A DNA stretch of 64,000 nucleotides from Candidatus Woesearchaeota archaeon (GTDB lineage Archaea; Nanobdellota; Nanobdellia; SCGC-AAA011-G17; JAGVZF01), in contig CAZJUI010000002.1 of the NCBI GenBank assembly GCA_964549185.1, positions 28,409 through 92,408 on the forward strand. Reading direction: 5' to 3'. Positions 56,231-64,000 of this stretch are shown here, in pieces; the stretch's first letter is position 1, and every line of letters starts with the position of its first letter. The notes under the pieces were generated by a model. That model searched no databases. It was not told the origin of the DNA and worked only from the letters and a program-made list of their open reading frames with translations. Made by a program: the position numbers and the translations under genes.

Positions 56231-56644
56231 TTAAAAATCATTGCATTTTTCTTTTATATCTTTGATGAATTTTAATTCTCCATCAACATATTTTATTATT
56301 CTGTCATTTAAGCAGATATAATTATAATTAAAATCTATTAATGCCTGGCTATTCCTTATCAACTGCGTTACAGCATCATCCCTAGTTAAGGCATTTCTTC
56401 TTATATTTATCTTTCCTTCGCCAATCAGATCATCACCATAATAAAATTTCCAATAACCTTTCCCTTTTGCAATATAATGTGCATTTCCCCCTCCATCTAT
56501 AAATTCCTTAACCGTATACCATAATTCAGTGCATATTGTAAGCCCAAAATCAGTATAATAACATTCAAAATAATCTGGTTTATTATCTGCTATAACTACT
56601 GGAAAAATCAATATTAATAACAAGAACATAATAAATATTTTCAA
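56231..56644 (-). CDS. Secreted 4-Cys small protein, paralog A.
   Basis: ORF of 137 aa with a signal peptide. The four Cys and the motif GYWKFYYGDDLIGEGKINIRRN are shared with 56719..57126. Confidence 0.55.
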   Translation of the reverse strand: MKIFIMFLLLILIFPVVIADNKPDYFECYYTDFGLTICTELWYTVKEFIDGGGNAHYIAKGKGYWKFYYGDDLIGEGKINIRRNALTRDDAVTQLIRNSQALIDFNYNYICLNDRIIKYVDGELKFIKDIKEKCNDF

Positions 56645-56718
56645 ATTGTCACCCCAAATAATTTAATAAAATTAAGGATATATAAATTTTTTAAACTACT
56701 TTTAAGGAAACATTTATC

Positions 56719-57126
56719 TTAAAATCCATTACACTTCATCTTACTATCTTTAATAAACTGTAATTCACCATTATTATATTTTATCATTCTATCAAAAAAA
56801 CATATTGTATTTTCATTAAAATTTATTAGGGCATTGCTCATTTTTAATATCTGTTTAACATCATCTTTGGTTAAAGAATTCCTTTGCACGTTTATTTTCC
56901 CCTTTCCTATAAGTTCATTATTGATATAAAACTTCCAATAGCCAATACTTCTGAACATGTAGTGATCATTATTGCCATCATTAAATTCCTTTATGCTATA
57001 CCATCCATCAATACAAAAAGAAAAATTATCCATTTCACTACATTCAGAATAATAATGTTTTCCATCATTGGCTAAAACAGCCACAGGTAATAACAAAATC
57101 AATGTCAGTAATACTACCCTTTTCAT
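56719..57126 (-). CDS. Secreted 4-Cys small protein, paralog B.
   Basis: ORF of 135 aa, about 50% identical to paralog A. Confidence 0.55.
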   Translation of the reverse strand: MKRVVLLTLILLLPVAVLANDGKHYYSECSEMDNFSFCIDGWYSIKEFNDGNNDHYMFRSIGYWKFYINNELIGKGKINVQRNSLTKDDVKQILKMSNALINFNENTICFFDRMIKYNNGELQFIKDSKMKCNGF

Positions 57127-57250
57127 TTTAGTTGAGCTAGATCAACTATATATAAGCCTTTCTATTATATATCTTATAATATATATCTTTAAGAATATAA
57201 AAGTTAAATAGAAAACTATATATATCAAAATTATTATTAATATTTAAAAA

Positions 57251-59257
57251 ATGAGGCAAAAAATAATATTCTTAATTGCATTTCTATTTATATCTAGTAA
57301 TGTGTATGCTCTTGATCAAGCTTCCAATTCTTCATTTTTAGATGTAGGAACAATACGCTCTGGAACAGCTCCAAATTGGCAAGGTTTAACTGGAAACGGA
57401 GTCATAGTAGGAATTGTAAGTACGGGAATTGATTATAATCATAAAGATTTTAAAAATACAGATGGAACAACAAGATTTCTTTATATTTGGGATCAAACTC
57501 GTGCTGGCGGAGGATTAACACCCCCTGCAGCTCCCTTTAATTATGGTGATGAATGCAATCAAGCTAAAATAAATTCTGGAAGTTGTGGTAATTTTGTTAG
57601 AGACAGCGATGGTTTTGGTACACACAATACAGGAATTGTAGCTGGAAATGGGCAAGATTATGATACCACAAAAGCAGCTCCACAATGTACACCTCATCCG
57701 GAATTATGTAATCCTTACATATATGTGGGAATTGCTCCCAAAGCAGATATGATATTTGTTAAAGCTCTTTTTGATTTTGGAAGTTATCAAATAAAAAAAG
57801 AAAATGAGGTAAAAGATGCTGTAGATTATATATTTCAAAAAGCTGCCTCTTTAAATAAAGATGCTGTTGTTTTAATAGGTGCAGAATTAAAATCTGGACC
57901 AAGAGATAGTACCCATTCATTAGAGCAAAACTTAAATTCTTTAACAGGATCTGGGAAAATAATAATAACTTCTGTAGGTGGCGATGGTAATTCGAATTAT
58001 CATGCCACTATTCCCCCATTGACCATCCCCAAAATTGTAAAGTTTAATGTGCCTAGCTATGCTCCAGATAGCACCACCCCACCAAATATCGTAGTTGAAG
58101 GATGGTATGATACAATAGATAATTTCGCTGTTAAAGTAACTTCACCTGCTCCTCCTGATGGTAGCGGAGCAATAATAGGACCGCTTGCAATGGGGGGAAC
58201 AACACTTATTTCTACAACACCAGATGGAACAGTATCTATACAAAATTCTATAGTAAATTCAGAAGGAGATCATAAAATATCGGTTAGTATATATAGAGAT
58301 GTGACTGGTTCACCAGAACCTGCTGATGGAGATTGGACTATTGAAATTATACCATCAATAGATCAAGTAAAAGATGCAAATTTTTGGATAACTAAATGGT
58401 TTTTAGATACATCCTCAATACCGAGATTTGTACAGGGAGTATCACAAGATACCACATTAACAACACCTTCAAGTGGATTAAATCTTATATCCGCAGGATC
58501 GTATTCTACAAGAGGATGGTTTTATAATGGAAATTCTTTAAATCCGACACTTCGTTCAGATTGTAATCTCTTAGGTGCAGTTTATTATGCATCAGGTCAT
58601 GGACCAAGATTAACATTAACAGATTCTACATCTCCCGATATAGTAGCTCCAGGATTTTGCATTATATCTTCATTGTCTGGAGCAGTTTCTACAAGTAATA
58701 CTTACAAAACTCCAGATAGAAAACATTATTCTAACGCAAACCCATTCGGAGGAGCAGCATTTGTTACAGGAACAGTTGCTTTAATCTTAGAACAATGTCC
58801 TGATTTATCTCCAACCGAAGTCAAAGATATACTTAAACTTCAGTTAACAGTTTCAGATTCTTACACAGGATTAATCCCAAACAATATTTATGGATATGGA
58901 AAATTGAAATTAAAACCATTTACCTGTACAAATCCTCCATTGGATTCTGATGGAGATGGTTGTATTAATTCAATAGATTATGATCCAAATAATCCTTGTC
59001 CTAAAGATACCTGCCAGCCATATAATTCATTATGTGACTCAACATGCAAATTAGTAGAATGTGCATCTAATCAAAAATGTGTTTCAAATAACTTGGGGAA
59101 TAAGGTATGTACAGATCTTCCAACTCAAAAAAAAATTGCTCGCTATTCTCAAGAAACTTCTTCAACTGCTTTCGTAGTAATAGTTTTATTAATCGCATTA
59201 TTAATCTATTTCACAGAGATTGAAAGAGATGGGAAAAAGATAAAGAAAAAAAGATAA
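57251..59257 (+). CDS. Subtilisin-like (S8) protein with a Cys-rich C-terminal module and a TM anchor. The catalytic Asp is apparently replaced.
   Basis: GNGVIVGIVSTGIDYNH aligns to GxGVxVAVxDTGI with Asp replaced by Ser. The His motif FGTHNTGIVAG is present. No GTSMA Ser motif is found, and the nearest match is PFGGAAFVTGTVALIL. The C-terminal TM segment is followed by KKIKKKR. Confidence 0.65.
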   Translation: MRQKIIFLIAFLFISSNVYALDQASNSSFLDVGTIRSGTAPNWQGLTGNGVIVGIVSTGIDYNHKDFKNTDGTTRFLYIWDQTRAGGGLTPPAAPFNYGDECNQAKINSGSCGNFVRDSDGFGTHNTGIVAGNGQDYDTTKAAPQCTPHPELCNPYIYVGIAPKADMIFVKALFDFGSYQIKKENEVKDAVDYIFQKAASLNKDAVVLIGAELKSGPRDSTHSLEQNLNSLTGSGKIIITSVGGDGNSNYHATIPPLTIPKIVKFNVPSYAPDSTTPPNIVVEGWYDTIDNFAVKVTSPAPPDGSGAIIGPLAMGGTTLISTTPDGTVSIQNSIVNSEGDHKISVSIYRDVTGSPEPADGDWTIEIIPSIDQVKDANFWITKWFLDTSSIPRFVQGVSQDTTLTTPSSGLNLISAGSYSTRGWFYNGNSLNPTLRSDCNLLGAVYYASGHGPRLTLTDSTSPDIVAPGFCIISSLSGAVSTSNTYKTPDRKHYSNANPFGGAAFVTGTVALILEQCPDLSPTEVKDILKLQLTVSDSYTGLIPNNIYGYGKLKLKPFTCTNPPLDSDGDGCINSIDYDPNNPCPKDTCQPYNSLCDSTCKLVECASNQKCVSNNLGNKVCTDLPTQKKIARYSQETSSTAFVVIVLLIALLIYFTEIERDGKKIKKKR

Positions 59258-59289
59258 AGCTTTTAAATTAAACTATTTCTAATTATATC

Positions 59290-61935
59290 ATGAATGAATT
59301 TAATAAAATAGAAAAAAAATGGCAAAAACTTTGGGAAGAAAAAAAAACATTTAAAACAAGATTAAATAAAAAAAAGAAACTATATGTTATAGAAATGTTT
59401 CCCTACCCAAGTGGTTTAGGATTACATATGGGCCATGCAAGAACTTATTGTATAGGTGATTGTTACGCTCGTTTTAAAAGATTGCAAGGTTTTAATGTTC
59501 TTTATCCGATGGGATATGATGCATTTGGGTTACCAGCAGAAAATGCAGCAATTAAAGAAAAAACTCATCCCAAAATTTATACAGAAAACGCAATCAAAAA
59601 TTTCAGAAAACAACTAACAGAACTTGGTTTAAGTTATGATTGGGATAAATCATTAGCAACTTGCTATCCTGATTATTATAAATGGAACCAATGGTTTTTC
59701 TTAAAGTTTTATGAAAAAAGCTTAGCTTACAGAAAAAAAGCTCCAATAAACTGGTGTCCGAAAGATCAAACTGTTTTAGCTAATGAACAGGTTATCGATG
59801 GAAAATGTTGGAGATGTGAAACTAAAGTTGAAATTAAACAACTTGAACAATGGTTTTTCAAAATTACAGATTATGCAGAAGAATTATTACAAGACATTAA
59901 AAATTTAGATTGGCCTGAAAAAATAAAATTAATGCAAGAAAATTGGATTGGAAAAAGTGAAGGGACACTAACAGAGTTCAAATTAAAAGATTCAGATGAA
60001 TATCTAGAGATATTTACAACAAGGATAGACACTTTATTCAGCGTGACATTTCTAGTGATGGCTCCCGAACATCCAAAAGTTTTGGAATTAGTAAAAGGAA
60101 CTTCTTATGAATCAAAAGCTAAAGAATTCATTAACAAGATTGTTTTAACAGAAAAATTTACAAGAACAGCAGAAGATAAGGAAAAAGAAGGGTTTTTTAC
60201 AGGACGATATGCAATAAATCCAGCAACTAATAAAGAAATCCCAATTTATCTCGCTAATTTTGTTGTTATGGATTATGGAACAGGAATTGTAATGGCAAAT
60301 GCTCATGATGAAAGAGATGTAGAACTAGCAAAAAAATATAACATTCCTTTAATTGAAGTATTAAAACATAAAGATGGAACAGATTTAGAAAAAGATGAAA
60401 TTTACACTGATTATGGAATATTAAAAAATTCAGCTCAATTTGACAATCTAACAAGCGAAGAAGCAATTCCCAAAATACAATCTTGGTTACAAAATAAAAA
60501 TCTAGGTAAAAAAACAATTCAATATAAAATAAGAGATTGGTTAATCTCAAGACAAAGATATTGGGGAACTCCAATTCCAATAATATATTGTGATAAATGT
60601 GGCATTGTTCCAGTTCCAGAAAAACAACTTCCGGTTATTCTTCCAGAAAAAGTAAAATTTACAGGAGAAGGTAATCCTTTATTGTCATCGAAAGAATTTG
60701 TTAATGTAAAATGTCCGAAATGTAAATCAAAAGCTAGAAGAGAAACAGATACAATGGATACATTTGTAGATTCTTCATGGTATTTCCTAAGATATACTTC
60801 AAATAAAGAGAAAAAAACACCTTTCAAAAAAGAAGCTGTAAAATATTGGCTTCCAGTTGATACCTATATTGGTGGAGCAGAACATGCTGTTTTACATTTG
60901 TTATATGCAAGATTCTTTACTAAAGTTTTAAGAGATTTAAAATTATTAAGTTTTGATGAACCTTTCTTAAAATTATTTAGTCAAGGAACAGTTACAAAAA
61001 ATAATGTTAGAATGAGTAAAAGTCACGGCAACGTTGTTTCTCAAAATGAAATTGCTGATAAATACGGAATAGATACAGCAAGATTATATCTATTGTTTGT
61101 TTCCTCTCCAGACAAAGACTTGGAATGGAATGATGAAGGAGCAGAAGGAGCTTTTCGTTTCATAAATAAATTTTATTCTTTATACAAAGAAAAACATTCT
61201 CCAATTTCAAATATAAAAGACAAATTTTTATTAAATAAATTAAATAAAACAATAAAGGAAGTTTCTTTAGATATAGAAGAATTCAAGCTTAATCTTGCTT
61301 TAATAAAAATCATGGAATTAGTTAATTACATAGTAAAAAATAAAGAATATATTAGTCAAAAATTTTACAAAAATTCTTTAACACAAATTGCTATATTAAT
61401 TAATTCATTTACCCCACATATTTCAGAAGAATGTTATAAATTATTAGGAAAGAAAGGATTTTCATCTCTACAAAAATGGCCAAAATACAATATAAAAAAG
61501 ATTGATGAAAGAGTAGATGCTATCGAATATTTAATAGAAGCAACAAAAGAAGATATAAGAAGAATTAAAGAATTAATTAAAATAGAACCGAAAGAAATAA
61601 CTTTATTTATTTCAGAAAAATGGAAATATAGTTTTTATTATAATCTAAAAAAAGAACTTGAAAAAACAAGAGATATTAAAACTTTGATGAATCATTTAAT
61701 GCTAAAAGAACATGAACAGGAAATTTCTAAGATAATTCCATCCGTTGTTAACAACCAACAAAAACTTCCATTATATATCTTGGATCAAAAGACAGAGTTT
61801 GAAAGTTTATCTAAAGAAAAACAATTACTAGAAAAAGAATTTAATGTAAAAATAAATATTATTCTTTCAGATAAAAACCAAGAACAAAAAGCAAAACAAT
61901 CCATTCCTGGAAAGCCAGCTATTATTCTTAAATAA
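59290..61935 (+). CDS. leuS: Leucyl-tRNA synthetase of the archaeal/eukaryal type.
   Basis: HIGH motif HMGHARTY. ARFKRLQGFNVLYPMG resembles the Pyrococcus LeuRS N-terminus. The KMSKS motif is VRMSKSHGN. The ORF is 881 aa. Confidence 0.9.
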   Translation: MNEFNKIEKKWQKLWEEKKTFKTRLNKKKKLYVIEMFPYPSGLGLHMGHARTYCIGDCYARFKRLQGFNVLYPMGYDAFGLPAENAAIKEKTHPKIYTENAIKNFRKQLTELGLSYDWDKSLATCYPDYYKWNQWFFLKFYEKSLAYRKKAPINWCPKDQTVLANEQVIDGKCWRCETKVEIKQLEQWFFKITDYAEELLQDIKNLDWPEKIKLMQENWIGKSEGTLTEFKLKDSDEYLEIFTTRIDTLFSVTFLVMAPEHPKVLELVKGTSYESKAKEFINKIVLTEKFTRTAEDKEKEGFFTGRYAINPATNKEIPIYLANFVVMDYGTGIVMANAHDERDVELAKKYNIPLIEVLKHKDGTDLEKDEIYTDYGILKNSAQFDNLTSEEAIPKIQSWLQNKNLGKKTIQYKIRDWLISRQRYWGTPIPIIYCDKCGIVPVPEKQLPVILPEKVKFTGEGNPLLSSKEFVNVKCPKCKSKARRETDTMDTFVDSSWYFLRYTSNKEKKTPFKKEAVKYWLPVDTYIGGAEHAVLHLLYARFFTKVLRDLKLLSFDEPFLKLFSQGTVTKNNVRMSKSHGNVVSQNEIADKYGIDTARLYLLFVSSPDKDLEWNDEGAEGAFRFINKFYSLYKEKHSPISNIKDKFLLNKLNKTIKEVSLDIEEFKLNLALIKIMELVNYIVKNKEYISQKFYKNSLTQIAILINSFTPHISEECYKLLGKKGFSSLQKWPKYNIKKIDERVDAIEYLIEATKEDIRRIKELIKIEPKEITLFISEKWKYSFYYNLKKELEKTRDIKTLMNHLMLKEHEQEISKIIPSVVNNQQKLPLYILDQKTEFESLSKEKQLLEKEFNVKINIILSDKNQEQKAKQSIPGKPAIILK

Positions 61936-62250
61936 TCACTTCCTTCTATTTCCAGCAATATTTATTGCTTTATTAACTTGTATCAATCCTATCAGAAATA
62001 ATATTACAAATAATACTCCTAATGGTCTTGAGGCAAACGGATCAAGTTTTCCCAAAGATATCAACAATGTCACTATTCTTGTAATAAACAAAACTATCAT
62101 ACTAAGCAGAGCCATAATAAAACCCTGCTTTAATAATCCATTAGTCTTTTTTATTAAATTATATAATATTATTAATATTGCTAAATTAATAATTAATCCT
62201 ATAATATCATAAACTACAGGCTTAAATAATATACTACTAATGTTTTTCAC
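61936..62250 (-). CDS. Small membrane protein with a GTG start.
   Basis: ORF of 104 aa with 3 TM helices. Confidence 0.3.
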   Translation of the reverse strand: MKNISSILFKPVVYDIIGLIINLAILIILYNLIKKTNGLLKQGFIMALLSMIVLFITRIVTLLISLGKLDPFASRPLGVLFVILFLIGLIQVNKAINIAGNRRK

Positions 62251-63999
62251 CCCCCTTTATTTTGTTTATCCTATTCAACAATGAATCTCTGGTTTTTCTA
62301 TAACTAGTTTCACTTATCACTCCTTGATCAAATACTTTATCCAATTTTTTTAATTCAAATCTTAGTTTTATAATTCTTTTATCAGTTATATTAGAACTTT
62401 TCTTTATATATCCAGCATCAGCTAATTCATGCTCATCAACGTGTTTTTTAAATTTTATCGTTTCTTTCTTTATATGTTTTAAATATATAAATATAAATAT
62501 CAAAACAGCTAACATAAACATTAAAATGGCAGCATAAGTTAGATAGTTGACAAATCCTTCAGGATATCTTGTCCCCCTCTTAACAGTAAATAAATGAGTA
62601 GAACTGCCAACTATATTATTATAAGAAACTTTTACATAAAGAACATACTCTCCTGGTTTAAGGTCTTCAGGAATATAAAACTTCTTTAGATAACTAACTT
62701 CCCTTTCCAATCCTCTAGTTTCATGTTCAGATAAAATGATAATATCGTCTAAACTTTTTATTTGATAGTCTATCCTTACATCAACTAAATCCTTTAAATT
62801 CTTAAGATTTAGTAATGTTATTTCAGCAGATAATGTTCCACCCGGAGCAACAACTCTATTTTCACCTGATATGGTTATAGTAGAGTCAAATAAAGGATTT
62901 TCAGATTCAACTTCAATAATTACAGGTATTTCTTTTTCTATATCTCCTCCAGTTATAATAATCTTTCTGTTATAAGCATAAGGTTCAGTCCCAGTAGAAG
63001 CACTAAATATTAATTGTATTAACTTCTCTTCATTTGGTTTTAATTTTAAGCTTAATTTACTTTCTCCATTAATGAAAGTAACAAATTCTTTTAAATCACT
63101 TAAATCAATCTCTAAATCAATATTTTTCTTTTCATTATTAAAAATTTTGATAAACTCTTTTACATTTTCATTCTGTCTTAATGAAACTTTTATTACATCT
63201 ATATTTAGAATAAATGAATCTCTTTTTACAATAGCAGCTCCCGAACTTCCGCTCCCCCCACCCCCTCCACCCCCTCCACCCCCACCTGAACTTCCACCGC
63301 TTCCAGAATCACCAGAACTTCCAGGAGTTTCCTCAGAAGAGTAAGCAGAAAAATGTGTTACATTAAAGACTAAACTCCCATCGCTATAACTAATCTTATT
63401 GCAAATTGAATTAGGACAAACTTCTTCATCAATTAATATTCTTGGATTAGTATAAGCTAATCCATACAAAGATAGTAAAGCGCTTTTATTTAAGAAAGAT
63501 ACATAAGAGCTATTAATAACTAGATAATTAGATCTTATCTCGGTAAACAAATCAAGATTAATATCATCTTGGCTGATATTTATATTTTCCAAAAACTTTA
63601 TCATTCCAAAACTAGGTTTTTCTAAAGTAAAATTAGTTATGTTTTGCATCTGCCATCTAGTCATAGAGTTAAGATTAGTTGTATTCCCAGAATACTGAGA
63701 ATAAGAAACATTATATCTAAAACTGTTATTCACACTAAAACTAACACTCTCACTATCATTTACTGCACCGAGAGTATTATTGGCATAAACTCTTATTATA
63801 TGATTTCCTTCACCTATACTAAAATTAACATAATCTCCATTTAATGTTATATTTACTCCATTATCTAAATTATACCATCTCCTGCTTATTATAGGAGGAT
63901 TACCTCCAAATACATAATATCTTAGTTCAATGCTTTGATTAAAATTATAAGTAAAATTAACAGGTCTATAAATAAAAATATTTGGCGGACTACCAGAAA
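62237..63999 (-). CDS. Type-I membrane surface protein with an Asn-rich ectodomain, a poly-Gly linker, one TM segment and a charged cytoplasmic tail of about 75 aa. The N-terminus lies beyond the window end.
   Basis: The ORF-track start at 63733 is a GTG. The frame stays open upstream to the window edge. The linker is GSSGDSGSGGSSGGGGGGGGGGGSGSSG and the TM segment is YLTYAAILMFMLAVLIFIFIYL. Confidence 0.5.
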   Translation of the reverse strand, partial: SGSPPNIFIYRPVNFTYNFNQSIELRYYVFGGNPPIISRRWYNLDNGVNITLNGDYVNFSIGEGNHIIRVYANNTLGAVNDSESVSFSVNNSFRYNVSYSQYSGNTTNLNSMTRWQMQNITNFTLEKPSFGMIKFLENINISQDDINLDLFTEIRSNYLVINSSYVSFLNKSALLSLYGLAYTNPRILIDEEVCPNSICNKISYSDGSLVFNVTHFSAYSSEETPGSSGDSGSGGSSGGGGGGGGGGGSGSSGAAIVKRDSFILNIDVIKVSLRQNENVKEFIKIFNNEKKNIDLEIDLSDLKEFVTFINGESKLSLKLKPNEEKLIQLIFSASTGTEPYAYNRKIIITGGDIEKEIPVIIEVESENPLFDSTITISGENRVVAPGGTLSAEITLLNLKNLKDLVDVRIDYQIKSLDDIIILSEHETRGLEREVSYLKKFYIPEDLKPGEYVLYVKVSYNNIVGSSTHLFTVKRGTRYPEGFVNYLTYAAILMFMLAVLIFIFIYLKHIKKETIKFKKHVDEHELADAGYIKKSSNITDKRIIKLRFELKKLDKVFDQGVISETSYRKTRDSLLNRINKIKGGEKH

Positions 64000-64000
64000 T

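Noticed and set aside
63700-63999. A one-base discrepancy between the ORF-track protein (MNNSFRYN...) and the displayed sequence near 63719. Four A's are expected and three are shown, and the window totals 63,999 nt.
   Set aside because: This is most likely a rendering or versioning artefact and not a biological frameshift. With the base restored the ORF is continuous and runs off the window end.

Overview
The window is very AT-rich and is most likely archaeal, plausibly from a small DPANN-type genome. Two tRNA genes have canonical 37/38 introns and TATA boxes at about -27, the leucyl-tRNA synthetase is of the archaeal type, and most genes have Shine-Dalgarno-like sites. The window is accessory-gene rich. 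It holds a cell-surface glycan biosynthesis locus with GT2, GT4, flippase, polymerase-like and RmlD-like genes. There are many secreted or anchored surface proteins: a GYGY-motif family of five members, a 1699-aa LTD/cadherin-like/CARDB-like protein, and two further anchored proteins. A secreted RHS-core polymorphic toxin is present. An extracytoplasmic disulfide-formation cluster (VKOR, thioredoxin-like, CcdA) sits next to Cys-rich secreted paralogs. There is a NitT/TauT-type ABC transporter, a subtilase homologue with a substituted catalytic Asp, and an archaeal LeuRS. At least nine toxin-antitoxin or abortive-infection-like cassettes are present (VapBC x2, HEPN/MNT, AbiE-like, MazEF, Doc/RHH, DUF2283-type, an orphan PIN with an RHH, and an HTH pair). 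The most striking pattern is that several of these cassettes are flanked by long direct repeats (33-250 bp) that duplicate the 3' end of the adjacent host gene. One of these forms a three-copy repeat array behind a single gene. This looks like a recurrent, site-directed cassette-insertion mechanism and has no obvious integrase. The displayed sequence is 63,999 nt long and differs by one base near 63,720 from the sequence the ORF track was computed on. The ORF track also treats GTG as a start codon.
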